Assembly: GCF_037042905.1 (NCBI RefSeq)
Contig: NC_087248.1
Location: forward strand, 22,134,001-22,198,000
Source of the DNA: Lytechinus pictus
Taxonomy: Eukaryota
Reading direction: 5' to 3'
Length of the DNA: 64,000 bases
Each line of letters opens with the position of its first letter. Positions within the stretch are counted from its first letter, which is position 1. The notes beneath the pieces are model-generated. The model was not told where the DNA came from and searched no databases. It saw only the letters and a program-made list of their open reading frames with translations. The position numbers and the translations under genes were made by a program. Shown here one piece after another: positions 11,761 to 24,720 of the stretch.

Positions 11761-14244
11761 GGGGGGGGGGCAAAGCAAATCGAGGAAGTGAATGGTTTTG
11801 ATTATGGTGTTTGATTAACACCCTCCCACCCCTCCCCTTTCCTCATGCATGAGCGGGGAGAAAGCTTTATGATTTTTTTTCACGATACAATATTGAAGGA
11901 ATGGGGGTCTACGTACAATGCCCCCCCCCCCCCCTCACAAACACTGAAACCTTTGCAATGTCATAATTTAAATTCATGGTTCATGTTAGATTCCACAATA
12001 TTATCCTGAAAATTTACATACAAAAAATACAACCACGGAATGGGTGTACGGGTAGTCCCCGCCCTCGCCCCCAGAAAAAAATCTTCATTTTCATACAACG
12101 ATGGGACAGGGGAAAGGGTGCATCGGCATCGCCGTAATTAAGCGCTCCCCCCCCCCCCCTTCCCTACTTTCTGAGGACATATGGGCGATAGAGCCTTCCA
12201 AATGGAAAAGGTAATAGTTCTTGAAACGTCTTGGGCAGCGGGGGGGGGGCAGGGTGTTGGGTTTTTTCCCCCTTTTTTTGGTAATCACAGTCACATTCAG
12301 AGAAATACGTAATGATCTAATTTAGAACCGCTAATTATGCTCGAAAGTAATCTACCTAATGACACATTACATTACTTGCCCCGGGGAATGAGGGTTCAGG
12401 TGTCATGTGAACGCCATAGCCAAGAGAGTATCTGGTATGTAAACATGGTGTTTCCGAGCATGGATCAAAGAACATCGAATCATTTCGGTAAACATTGAAT
12501 ACTGTCACCGTGAATACCGGATAACAATAAGTGATATAGAGAAATTTTCGCTTTTTCGCAAACAGTGACCAAAAAATGTGTTTTTCGCTTGGAAATGTGA
12601 TTTTCCGTCAACTCAGCATTTGAGAGGCGTCGGTTTCTGAAAAAACATGTTGCCAAGATTGTAAACATTTTTTTTCAAATATTGCGTGGAAAATAGCGTT
12701 GGATACGGACATACTGGAGCTTTTCGACATGCATTCATCAGTTTAAATATCGCGTGAAATATAGTTTTTTGATACAAATTAAAAGCCCTTGGAACTTGAT
12801 ATAAGCAGGAAATTGCCAGTCAAGTTTTATTCCAGTGAGATTTATTAAAGGTGAGAGAAAATATGGACAATTCTCTGAGGCTTATACATGTAGGTATGTT
12901 ATTGTTGTTGAGAGTTTACAATGTGCCGAGTGGTGTTTCAATCGACGTGGAGAGGTTCCGTGGTCAAGTGATGTATTTGTGACCCACATGGTTTATGGAT
13001 CGAGTACATACCGTAATCATGGTAGTATTGATAATATATTTTTTATTATTTTATGGTACGTTAATGTACATAATCCACTCTCGAAAACAGAAGAATGAGG
13101 TCTCCTTTAAAAACATGTGAGCACAAAATAGGAGCTTCGTTATATCTGACCACCCCCTCCCCCCCAAAAAAAAAGGGGGGTGTCCAGATTTTTTTCCGAA
13201 GGGATGACCCATACTAGGGTTATTTTGATGGAAATGGGTAGCTAAAAGCGATTTTTTTTTTTTGTTCCAGAAAATTTTACTTAAGCTCTAAAGTAACAAA
13301 TATACATAAAAAATATATGTATTGTGCAAACAATTACACTTTTCGTTCCTCTTTGACTTTGGTTATAAGTGAATTATGTCCAATAAAGATTGATTATGTA
13401 TGAGGCTGTATGAGCAGTGTGATTTTCTTTTACATAAATTTTCATACCGGTCGCTCCATTTCTTTGTATTACCTAATGTTTTTATGACAATGGGAAAGGC
13501 TCACAATAACACTACCATGGAAGTACCATAGTGATACTACATGTACACCACATTGGATGTTGTAGTTTCTGGCAGCTTTCCTTCCGTTTTCCTTTCCAAA
13601 ATATATGTTTTAAACCGAAAATAACCTTACATTTTCTTTCTCTTTCCCTATGCGTATCTGTCTCTTTCTTTATAGAATTACGAAACTTTACACGACAGAC
13701 TTAAAATTTAAAAAAAATATATCATCCATTAGTCTCCATTTTAAATCAGTTTTGAGCTTGATCACTTTATAAAATGTATTTATTTATTTATTTATGCAAT
13801 TATGTACATTTAATTTAATTCTATTCAAATAACATTATACCATTGTACCTTTATCAGAAATGTTTTTGACTAAGTTATGTTAGGCTTACCATAACTTCTT
13901 CTTTCTTCCATATATACTTGTATGGTTTTTTAATTGATTTTTGTCCATAGTTGATGTTTATTTATGTTGTGAACTTGTAAAATACCATCCATTTGGCTGT
14001 ATATGACACATTGTTTTTTTTTTATATGTACACCATTGATCTGAATGTTAATTCTTTTTCTCTCCCTCCCTCTCTCTCTCTCTCTCTCTCTACCTACCTA
14101 CCTACCTATCTATTTCATTTTCCCTCCCTATATCCTCACTGCCCCCCCCCCTCCACAATCCCCGCTCTCCCCTACTCTCTCTTACTTTCTCTCTCCCACA
14201 ATTTCATTATATTTCACAGTATTTGAAGGATAAATGTTGTTTCC

Positions 14245-14356
14245 ATGGCGACCGTCATCCCATCAGCGCTAAGCATATTTCTTCTCGCCGCCATCTTCTC
14301 CAGGGCATCGGGTTGCGAATGTGCCACGGAACCGGCTTTCTGCTCTTTAGGATTTG
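14245..14356 (+). CDS. TIMP-like gene A, coding exon 1 (signal peptide + CECATEPAFC)
   Basis: MATVIPSALSIFLLAAIFSRASG|CECATEPAFCSLGF. Upstream acceptor TTTCACAG at 14219; phase-1 GT donor at 14357. Confidence 0.85.
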
Positions 14357-14400
14357 GTAATGAAAACTGTTTTTTTTTTTTTTTTACAAATGACATTAAG

Positions 14401-14619
14401 CACTGGCGGATCAAGGGGGGGGCAAAGCTGGCCCGTGCCCCCCCCCCCTCTTGAGAGGCGCAATTAAAATTAAAATTTGTAATGTAAACATGCCTTAAAA
14501 CAGAAGCGTGCCCCCCCCCCCCCTTTGAAAGTGAAGACTTTTTTTTCTTGCTTGTCAAATTTTTCCTCGGGAAAATGTGCCGCCCCCCCCCCTTTGGAAA
14601 ACTCCTGGATCCGCCCCTG
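14401..14619. mobile_element. hAT-like MITE in intron of TIMP-like gene A
   Basis: CACTGGCGGATC / GGATCCGCCCCTG, flanked by CATTAAG on both sides. Confidence 0.75.
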
Positions 14620-15055
14620 CATTAAGGATGGGGGAAGGGTGACTGTAAGACATGTCATAAGTGCGACGGAGGGAACATCGTACCCATCAAAAATTCGTTA
14701 GAAAATAATTTGATATTTTTTTTGCCCCGGCCCCCGACCAGATGTTCCTGCAGCTGCAGTATAGCATATAAACCTAAATGATCCCTTTTATAACTTAAGT
14801 ATGAACAGACCACTTGAACGCTTGTTAGAGGCGTAAATTATTGGAGACCACTGGGATAGCGCCATAAACCCTAATCCAACGAGGGGGCGTCCCATTATGT
14901 TTTTTTTTTTCAGATTGAACCTATAGTCATATGGATCAATTTGCTTAAATTGTTTTGTTCTAAAAGTACAAGGTGATAATACACCTGTTTACATGCATTT
15001 TGCTGGTTTTTATATTTCAGAAAGATAAACCTTTAATTTGTACAACCCTATATAG

Positions 15056-15259
15056 GTATCAGAGGAACGGTTACGAATATCCGAGGCAATGTCACTGCCG
15101 GCGATTTCATCACATACACTGTTCGGATAGCCGAAGTATACCGCAACTCAACAGACGGCATCTCCGTCGGCAATTCAATCGACATCATTACTATCAGTTC
15201 AGCCAAAGCTTGTGGTATACCCGACTTAAAAGAGAATGTGACGTATCTACTTTCTGGAG
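15056..15259 (+). CDS. TIMP-like gene A, coding exon 2 (NTR domain core)
   Basis: TAG|..|GTAAG, 204 bp, phase 1-1. Encodes GIRGTVTNIRGNVTAGDFITYTVRIAEVYRNSTDGISVGNSIDIITISSAKACGIPDLKENVTYLLSG. Confidence 0.85.
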
Positions 15260-15469
15260 GTAAGCCACAGGGCGTTTTTTTTTTCAAAGAATCGTGTCAA
15301 ATTGTTTGTTTTATTCCCTTGTTTTATTTTCTTCTGCATTCATAGTGAATACACAACTTGTCAAATTATAACAATGCACATTTCAAAACGAATATAGCGA
15401 ACAGTGAAAAATTGTACGCGTCATTAAAATCTCTCTCTCTTTCCCTCTTTCTTTCTCCCTCTCCTCACC

Positions 15470-15505
<36 letters not shown>

Positions 15506-15616
15506 GATGACCCCCTTCCTCTATTATCCTCGCCTCTCCCCCCCCCCCCCACTTTTTCTTTTTATATTTCCCATTCTCCTCCTCCTACCTCAACCTTATC
15601 CCTTCATCACACTCAG

Positions 15617-15804
15617 GTGTCGTGTTCGGTAGCTATCATCTGCATACATGCAATTCTGTGGTCGTCGAATACAGCGACTACGTCGACAACAAGGATCACC
15701 ATGAAGATGTCGACATTCCTTGCTCAGCGACATCGTCGTCGATGGCCACCAGTGCCGTAGTCGTCGTCTTTGTCGCTCTACTCGACCATGTTTTCTTCCA
15801 CTGA
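15617..15804 (+). CDS. TIMP-like gene A, coding exon 3 (end of NTR domain + GPI-like signal); 167 aa total
   Basis: Polypyrimidine tract + CAG acceptor. Encodes GVVFGSYHLHTCNSVVVEYSDYVDNKDHHEDVDIPCSATSSSMATSAVVVVFVALLDHVFFH*. Confidence 0.85.
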
Positions 15805-15928
15805 CGCACAAAGATTATCCTTAAACAGGAGATGACAGATGTCGACTTTATAGGCTTTGTATTTTTATTGGTAAGGCATATACACCTCACTTACGAAAGG
15901 CTGTTATCAGTATGGAAGATGCATCCGA

Positions 15929-16065
15929 GGTGTGTGGCCGAGTGGTCTTAGGCGCTTGACTGGACATTTGAAAGTCTGGGGTTCGATCCCTGAACACGGT
16001 ACCTATGCCCGTGAGCAAGGCATTTAATCGACAATATTCTCTGTTATCCTGCCTTTGAATAAATG
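15929..16065 (+). mobile_element. tRNA-derived SINE fragment
   Basis: A box TGGCCGAGTGG and B box GGTTCGATCCC followed by SINE body. Confidence 0.6.
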
Positions 16066-16185
16066 GAAATGATATATGCATTCTTGTAAACTCGGTGTAT
16101 TTACTAATATTGTTCAAAAATCCTACGGTTGATACGAAGGACATTTTGAACTGCTTTCTAATTGATGAGATGGCGAGAAGCTTCA

Positions 16186-16461
16186 TCTTGCCAATTCGAC
16201 ATGATATACTTTTCTTGTTGACTTAGTAAAATTATTAATCTATGTTGCCAAGTCGACTTCTAAATAAATACTTTTTGTCGTGACACAGAAAGGTCTCTTG
16301 CCATGTCGACTTCTACGAAGTTACATGTCATCATGGCAAAGGAAAGTCTCTTGCCATGTCAACTTCTACAAAGTTACAAACACGTCTCGCCATGTCGAAT
16401 TTTGAAAGTGTTAAATGTCGTCATGTCGACAAAATAATTCCTGCAAAGTCGACTTGGCAAG
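16186..16461. mobile_element. GTCGAC-rich MITE
   Basis: Ends TCTTGCCAATTCGAC / GTCGACTTGGCAAGA with internal TTGCCATGTCGACTT repeats. Confidence 0.5.
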
Positions 16462-17952
16462 ATATCTCCTCATCTCGACTTTCGCACGTTGTGTACCTGC
16501 TTTTAGTGCCATTCTGCACTGCAAATCTTTTAGTCTTTAATGGGCATGTCTTATAGGATTTTCTTTTCAATGTGGAAGATGACTTGTGTTACATACTGTT
16601 TTTATCGTGATTTTGGGATAGGAAAATAATATACGACTACTATACATAACATTACATTATAGACATTTCAAAAACATGGGAAATTGAAATAAAATTTAGC
16701 AGTGGCAATGAAGCAGATAGAATACTGTCTATATAATATTATGTCTATGTGCTTAGCCTCGAAATAAACTCATGTGATCACGCCATGTAAATAGATAAGG
16801 TTAAAATCTTAATTAGTTTTATTCCATGCGATCTAACATTTCAACTGTTTATCTATATACTTTTTAATAAAATTATGTTATGTATTTGCGATATTTGTGA
16901 TAATGATACAAGTAACAACTTAGCTTTTTATCATTTGACGCATTCTTACCACTCTAACAAAAGAAAATGCAGCATACGGCCTCATTTATTTTCGTTATTG
17001 TGTCATTTGCATAATATTTGTTAATGTTCATTTTGTTATTGGTAAAAATGAAAATAAATTATTTGAAAAAAAAATCATATTCAGCTTACATTCATTGTAC
17101 ATTTTGTGTGGTTTTAAAATTCAAACTCATAATAAGCTTGATCATATATGTTGCAACATCTTTGTGTGCTCATTTTGTAATGTTTTTATGTAAAGTCACT
17201 CATTCTGTATATTATATTAGCAATACTGTCATTATTAACATTTATGGATGAAAACGTACATGGCACCCTTACATTCATGTGACGTCACTCTTTTGAAGAT
17301 CGAAGAATTAAAATAACAATTTCCGAGACATATTCAATAGAATGTTTTTGTATATTGTTGTATTTTATTGAGTGTCCACCATGCGCACTAAGATTTAAAA
17401 ACAACCCATAAAGTGACCAAGGTGCAAAATATCACTTTTTTCTTCTTGTTTGCACCAGAAAATATCCGGTTTGCATCCTGAATAAAAGCACCTTCCATGG
17501 AGCATCTTTTTTTTATGTTGTTGCGTTAAAAATCGTACCTTGTTTTGAAAAGATACAACTCTGCACCCCTAACAGGGTGCAAAATGTCACTTACTGCCTC
17601 CTGAAGTTTCCTTTGACTGAAAAGTTGCATCCCAACAGGATTTTTAACAGTTTTGTTTATTTGAAAGGTGCAAAATTGCATCTTATTTCTTACTATGTGT
17701 ATTTATTTAGATGAATATTAAGAAAGATAATTTTCAAAAGAGGAAAATGTTTGAAGAATCATCTCGTGGAGCTATTGTGTAGGGGATGTGGCTAGGGGGG
17801 GGCAGGGGTAAAGTGCCCACCCGGACGGAATGGTGATAACCCTTTTTGTGTGTTTGTTTGTCCAAAAAAAATCGTGCTCCTCCTGACATGTCTGACAGGA
17901 ACGCTAATGGTATTTTTAAGAGGCAAATTAAATGTCCACCCTCTTCCTACAA

Positions 17953-18414
17953 TAGCGAGTTTTCACAATCGCGACGGGGACGGATTCTACAACATTGTAA
18001 ATCTATTGAAAATGCTCGTCATATCACAATGAACAGCTGAGAGGTCTTTGTCGAAAATTTGTGAACCGGCAGCAGATTGCCGTAGGATTCTGAGCTGACG
18101 AAAAATTGCAAATATGTTGTTTGTCCAGAGTCCTGGTGGGTGTTTCATAAAGCTGTTCGTGAGTTAAGAGCGACTTTAAGAACGACTGGTGATCCTTTCT
18201 TGTGGTATATGGTAGATTCATTGGCAATGGTCTAACACGTAAGAAAGGATCGCCAGTCGTTCTTAAAGTCGCTCTTAACTTACGAACAGCTTTATGAAAC
18301 GGATCCCAGGACGAAACTGCTGCTTTGATTCACCAATTTTCGACAAAGACTTCTTTGACAATAGATTTTCTATGTTGTAGAACACGTTCCCGTTGCGATT
18401 GCGAAAATTCCCTA
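17953..18414. mobile_element. Harbinger-like MITE carrying a nested MITE
   Basis: TIRs TAGCGAGTTTTCACAATCGC / GCGATTGCGAAAATTCCCTA. Related copies at about 22385-22640 (inverted) and 24457-24720. Confidence 0.7.
18136..18306. mobile_element. Palindromic MITE (CWG target)
   Basis: GTTTCATAAAGCTGTTCGT..AGAGCGACTTTAAGAACGAC and its inverse, with CTG/CAG flanks. The empty site GAGTCCAGGACG is seen in the sister copy at about 24637. Confidence 0.8.
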
Positions 18415-18499
18415 ATGTCATAAGGGGAAAAACATACAACCGAACACAAAGCGAAGTCTAAGAAAAAAGAGAAAGTACGGAAACAATTCTGTTTCTTCA

Positions 18500-18810
18500 A
18501 TAGCCGTGGTGTAGTGGGTCTGACTCTTGCCTTGTAATCAGAGGGTCGCGGGTTCGAATCTGACCATGGCCTTTGGCAAAATTCGCCCTTCTCCATCCAG
18601 GAGCTAAATGAGTATCCGGTAGGATGTGAAAATCACTGAAGCTTGTCCAGCATTGTATGCGCCTGGTTAGTGGCTGGATGGAATACTCCCCAGGGAGTGA
18701 ATGGTTTGCAATCGTTGTGTGTCGGACACTTTTGAATCCGATGGCTAGGATGATAACAAAGTACGCGCTTAGATACCAACAATTCTTAAGTTCGATCGTT
18801 ATAAACAAAA
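18500..18810 (+). mobile_element. tRNA-derived SINE
   Basis: Head GCCGTGGTGTAGTGG..GGTTCGAATC, SINE core, ATT-rich tail. Confidence 0.7.
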
Positions 18811-21097
18811 TCCAGATTATTATCATTATTCATTCAGATTTCGAAATAATGTTTTCCAGTCGACAAATCCCATTTGGGGGATTGATAATCACTATTTCCT
18901 TTTCTTTCTAATAAGCTATCTCTTACAATAACATTGAAGACTTAATATATATTGAATATTAATGACGAAGACACGTGACAAAGTTTGACAATAGAACACA
19001 GTCACTTTTTATTTTACTCGATAACGAAAGGGTAAAACTCTGGTCGGGTGATACGTGAGCATAATTATGCTTCCGGATTTCCTTTATACAACACAGATAT
19101 GATATATGTTCACGTATGTCATAAAAAAAATAACACACATCGGCTTGTGACATACATGTACAGCGCAAGACTCTACTACATTGTGTTAATTTAGTAGCCT
19201 TACTTTCAGTCTCAAAATACATGTGTTTTTTTAATTCTTAGAACAAATTATCATTTGTATCGATTAATATACAGTTTCGAAATGAACTATGATTCTATTT
19301 AATCAAAGCCTCTTGCAACTGTGGTTTCGATATATAACTATCTCGTTGGGGCGTGATCATATTCAAGTACCAAGTACGTATAGGTCTAAGTGTACAGAGC
19401 GTTGGAAGTATATCACGCGTCGCTTTGACTTAAGACTTTTATCAAAAAAGCCATCGCACGCGAGGCAATACAAAATACTATTCAACGCGAGGAATTGTGA
19501 TTCTCAGGCAAACAATGATAGTGATGTATTATGAACCATTATCAACAATAGGCAATGCAGCAGTATCATTTCAATAAAACCTCAATCGGACCTGCTACCT
19601 ACTTGCTATAATATCTCAAAAAATATGCTTTTCCAACAAAATATAACGGGCAGGCATGGGATATATTGCTTTTTAAAGAGGTAGTGGACATCGAAACTGA
19701 ATGCGATCCATTATTCTGATGTATGTATGGCTTCGCCACCACAATTTTAGCAGTGTGTATCGAGGTACGTATAAATGTTATGTGTAGATTTGATCCGGTT
19801 CGGTGTGGTAAGTGGGCACCCGTCATAAGTAAGTGGCGTGCATTTTCTGGCGCAGACATGGCATGCAGAAGGCACCATAAAAGGCACAATTTGGCGGATG
19901 TGTAGAATTGTGTGGAATATTGAATTGTATTCGTGCTTTTGATATGCGAATGAACCGCGTATGCAATTTCATTTTAGGGAAGTAACGAAGAATATATTAT
20001 TTATGGCCTTGGTTATATTTCAACATTGTCTGTGCATGAGCAATACCATCATTACATTATTCACATTAGTGACAGTTAGCCCATTAGTCACCTTGAAGCA
20101 CATTTTGGTGCATTTCGGGTACATCTAATTATGAATAACATTTGAAATCAATTCCATTATATTATACTGTTACTTATGTACGCCATGTCTTTACAACACA
20201 TTAATGAATTAAAAGTAGCTGAATGATAACCACATGATAACAACGGGGCTGTCTTTCGAACATTTGATTACCATGACTACAGTGATAGTAACGGCGCAAA
20301 AATGAAATGAAAAAAATGTATATATAAAATATTTTCTAATGTACCTCAAATATATCCCAATCAAGTTCAAGTCCAAGTTCAAGTTTATTCAAACCAATCA
20401 ATAAAATAGTAGGCCATATATGAAAATAGTTTGACAAAAAAAAATCAAACAACATGAATAATTATCACTTCTGATATGACCACTACTGTTACCCATTGTG
20501 AGGTCAGATAATTTTTCTTTTAGATAGACTTTTTAATCTTGTTTATATATAGTTCTAACGCTATACGGTTAGTCATTTTGCAGTGATTTGCCCGGCATCT
20601 TTGCTTTTTGGGATTATTCATACCTGTTCAGCTACTTTGTATTCATTTCTTTTCTTTTTTATTTGGTGTGTCCTTCAGTTTATTCAATTGAAATTTCAAA
20701 GACGAAAAACAATACTTTTGTAATTCTGAAACATCACTACGTGCAACCCTTACAATTTACTTTCATATGATTCTATATTTTTCCTATGTATTTTTTTCAT
20801 TGTTGATTATAAAACCCTTTTACTTTACTTGTATCTCAATTTCAACCCCCTTAATTAAATTAACCTGAATTTGAGAAAGAGCAAATTAAGTTTTGATCGG
20901 ATTAATTATACTTTATCATGAAATAGTCTCGAATTATTGATTTTTTTAAATAAAAGCTTTTATTAAGTACCTTTCTTGTAACGTCTTCTTTATAATGTAC
21001 ATGTATATCATGAAATTCTTATTGTCTTTGATTCCTCTTCAATGGTAATTTTGTTTTTCAATCCAGAATCAGTCAGAATTTCACCGGTCAAGTAAAC

Positions 21098-21230
21098 ATG
21101 GCAAAGTCTACCTTCATTGCTTCTATGTTCCTCGTTTTTGGTATCATCTGTGGTGTCATCTTGCAGCCGATATCAGGATGCTCCTGCGGACCCGGATATA
21201 AAGACCCAGCTTTTTGCTCCTTCGATTTCG
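21098..21230 (+). CDS. TIMP-like gene B, coding exon 1 (signal peptide + CSCGPGYKDPAFC)
   Basis: MAKSTFIASMFLVFGIICGVILQPISG|CSCGPGYKDPAFCSFDF. Phase-1 donor GTAAT at 21231, at the same position as in gene A. Confidence 0.85.
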
Positions 21231-21479
21231 GTAATAATCGTAAATTTTCACGAGGATCTCGAAACTTGTTGAGAAATACATGGTATAGCTTGGTGTATAA
21301 AAAGTTATACTTCAGTACTTACCGACGCATCAACATGTCATTATATTAACGAGATCATCAGATCATTTGACGACAATGATAGCCTTATAATATCGAATTT
21401 ATTGTGTGTTTTTTTAAATTCTATTAATGTTTTTATTATAAATCATCAAGAATCACAATATTTACAACATACTGGCTTA

Positions 21480-21628
21480 ACAATTTTTTTTTTGCTTGTC
21501 AATTTTTTGGGGGTACGAAATATCCTTTATTTTGGGCTTAAAACCTTCTTTTTTTTTTTTGCTTGTCAAAATTTTCCTCCGAAAAATTTGCCCCCCCCCC
21601 CCTTTGGAAAATCCTGGATCCGCCCCTG
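21480..21628. mobile_element. Partial hAT-like MITE
   Basis: TTGCTTGTCAA repeats and right end GGATCCGCCCCTG, same family as 14401-14619. Confidence 0.6.
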
Positions 21629-21976
21629 ATCTTGAATAATTATGTAGTTGATTTGCGTTCATCTGCAATCCAACTTTCTTGCAACGCCTCCATACGACTG
21701 ATTTGGAGGACTTGTGCTTGATTTGCATTTGAACCTATTACTGAGTGCCATCTAATTAGGAGCCCGTTTCATGAAGAGTTATAACTATTGTAACTTTGTC
21801 ATCAATGACAACTACCATGGTAACAAGGCTCAGCAGTCAATCACAATAAAGGTTTCCATGGAAGTTACAATAATGGCAAATTCACAATAGTTGTAAGTCC
21901 TTATGATAACATATCCCAGATCGTGATTTTAACATATTTAACCTAAACTGGTCTTAAACTCCTCTTTTTTTAACAG

Positions 21977-22174
21977 GTATCAACGGAACCGTGGTTGATA
22001 TTAATGGAAACGTCACTTTGCAAGAAGATCTGGTATACAGCGTCAATGTACATGACGTATACCGAAACACATCGGAGGGAATATTTCTCAACGAAATCCT
22101 GGATATAAGAACATCAGCAACCTCCTGCGGCTTCCACTATTTTGAAAGGGACAAGGTCTACCTGATTGCGGGAG
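21977..22174 (+). CDS. TIMP-like gene B, coding exon 2
   Basis: CAG|..|GTATGT, 198 bp, phase 1-1. Encodes GINGTVVDINGNVTLQEDLVYSVNVHDVYRNTSEGIFLNEILDIRTSATSCGFHYFERDKVYLIAG, which aligns with gene A exon 2. Confidence 0.85.
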
Positions 22175-23178
22175 GTATGTCTGACATATCACCAATCGAT
22201 GTTGAATTTTCATTAATCACACAGGAGTTTCCGAAATGAAGACGGATTATAGGTGTGGTGTGGGATTATATGAAAATGCTGCCTTAATAATGCACACTGC
22301 TCACTCGTTTTTCTACCAGTACTTACCGTCGCAGTTTCGAAAATTAGGTGTTTTTGTTCTGCGAATAGAGTAAATTTACTGTCAGTTGCCCTTTATGACA
22401 AAGCATGGCCAAGAAGCCTTTGTCGAAAAATTGGTGAATCAAAACAGCAATTAAGTCCTTGACTATAGACAAATGACGTATTTGCAATATTTTGTTAGCT
22501 CCGAAGCTTAGGACGACTGCTGTTTAACGATTAACCAATTTTCGACAAAGACTTCTTGTTGTTCTTTGTCATGACGGGCATTTGACGAGTCATTCACTGT
22601 TTTTTAATCGACCGTACGCCGCTGTGCAAAAACTCCCTCATCGGTCGAATACAGGTAGTTCGTTTCAGGGAGATGTAAACACCCATTAATTCCAAAACAG
22701 TTCTGACATAACCAAATAAAAAAGGACCACAAGTGTTTGTACATGTATGTACAAATAAATTATGTTGATAAATAAATAGGCCTAATGTCATCGAATGAGC
22801 AAAATACGCGAGGTACCGTAATCTAAAAAAGGGTATTTTCTGACGGACAGGCTTTTACAGATAAAAATCGGAAGGACCCCAAGAAAAGCACAGCTTGCGA
22901 GGATGGGGACGTGTACAAAGAATAAAAAAAAAGACGCTTAAATTTCATAACTATCGATTGATGTATTATACTTGTATCATTGCGGTTGTTTAATGTTTTC
23001 ATTATCATTATAATGATAGTTATTATTATTATTAGGACCAATATTTGTTACTCTTAACCTTGTAAATAATATTATTGTCATGTATATTATTATCACCTAT
23101 GCTAGTATTGTCATCATCATCATATCTGTCACAAAATTATCATCTATATCATTATTTGTCTCCTGTACTATATTTCAG

Positions 23179-23345
23179 AATTTTCTGGAGTCTACACTCT
23201 CCATTCGTGTAATGCCATCGTCATCGGATACAATGATGACGGGGAGCCGGATAGGGATGTCGACATACCGTGCTCGACGACGTCGGTAACCATCGCCTCA
23301 TCGGTCGTCGTCATATCATTCATATTCACTTTCCTATTCGTATGA
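23179..23345 (+). CDS. TIMP-like gene B, coding exon 3 (GPI-like signal); 165 aa total
   Basis: TTTCAG acceptor. Encodes EFSGVYTLHSCNAIVIGYNDDGEPDRDVDIPCSTTSVTIASSVVVISFIFTFLFV*, sharing LHxCN and DVDIPCS with gene A. AATAAA at about 23458. Confidence 0.85.
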
Positions 23346-24071
23346 ACTCATGAAAGCATGAATTTTTAACACGCACAGATCTACAGAGAGATCTAAAGCG
23401 TTCCTCAATGTTTGAGCCCTGCGCGGCTCTATGCGATCCGATGCGACGCGATTTTTTAATAAATCGCCTCTTGCATTAAATGTGAAAGTTCCAAGAAGTA
23501 AGATTTGTTCATGTTAAGTTCGGCATAATATCAGGAATAATAAAATCATGATTTTACTTTGCGGCAAGCCCTGTGGTCGGAGTAAGGTCTACACAGCTTC
23601 AAGTCGCAGCCGATGAAGACGACATTACGATTTGGATTTGAATTTGCTTTAATTCCTACAGGGATGCTCGAACTAGACTGAATTTCGATCTCAGTAATCC
23701 TACCTCTAATCGCTAAGATTAGAATGTCCATATCAAATTTTATTACATTTTTTTTCAAATTCGGATCGCAGCGAATCGCAGTGTCCGCCGGGCTTTAGAG
23801 CCCCCTGACTTCATCCATAAAGATACGGCCTTGTCCGGCTACAATGTTTCTAAGCGCTTAGGCCGGCTGTATCAAGCTAAATAATTTCATTTTTATTATA
23901 TTTACAGACAATAAATACCCCGCCGGGCAGTGTTCAGTATTGTCAATTCTTATGCACATTTTCAACTCCCTTGGGAGTATTCCAGCGAGTCGCCATGTAT
24001 AGATGTGAGGCAAATGTACTGTGCATGACAATATGCAATGACTGTATCATTCTGCTGCGTACCCAACGCCT

Positions 24072-24243
24072 AGGGCCGTTTCATAATGCTGTTCGTAAGA
24101 TAAGAGCGACTTTAAGAACGACCGGTGAACCTTTCTCACGCGCTAAACCATCGCCAATGAATATACCATTTACCACAAGAAAGGATCACCAGTCGTTCTT
24201 AAAGTCGTTCTTAACTAACGAACAGCTTTATGAAACATCCACC
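24072..24243. mobile_element. Palindromic MITE (same family as 18136-18306)
   Basis: Same TIR sequences. Confidence 0.75.
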
Positions 24244-24456
24244 TGGATGGAGAGTGGCAAATACAGAGTGTGGTAAATGACTAGTATAAGAACGCTAAAG
24301 GTGTTATGATTGGACCCCCCTCCCTCATAAGACTTACAAAACAAAAACAGCTAAACGACTGTTTAATCAGGAATATTATGTATTCATGCTGGCCGGAGAT
24401 GAAACATGACCCTATATAAGGGGGATAAAAAGCAGAAATTTAATTTGAGTAAATCA

Positions 24457-24720
24457 ATAGGGGGTTTTCGCAGTGGGACGCAGAACGTTTTCAAGAACAT
24501 AGAAGTTGCATTGAAAGATGCCCGCCAATGACAATGAACGACTGGGTGGTCTTTGTCGAAAATTGGTGAACTGGAACAGCAGATTCGTAATAAGTTACGA
24601 AACCGACGAAACAATGCAAATATGTCGTTTGTCCAGAGTCCAGGACGAAACTGTTGCTTTGATTCACCAATTTTCGATAAAGACTTCTCGGTCGCGCTTT
24701 GTCATGAACGTCATTTGACA
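24457..24720. mobile_element. Harbinger-like MITE copy (family of 17953-18414)
   Basis: Shared GTCTTTGTCGAAAATTGGTGAA..TTCACCAATTTTCGA core. Confidence 0.65.
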
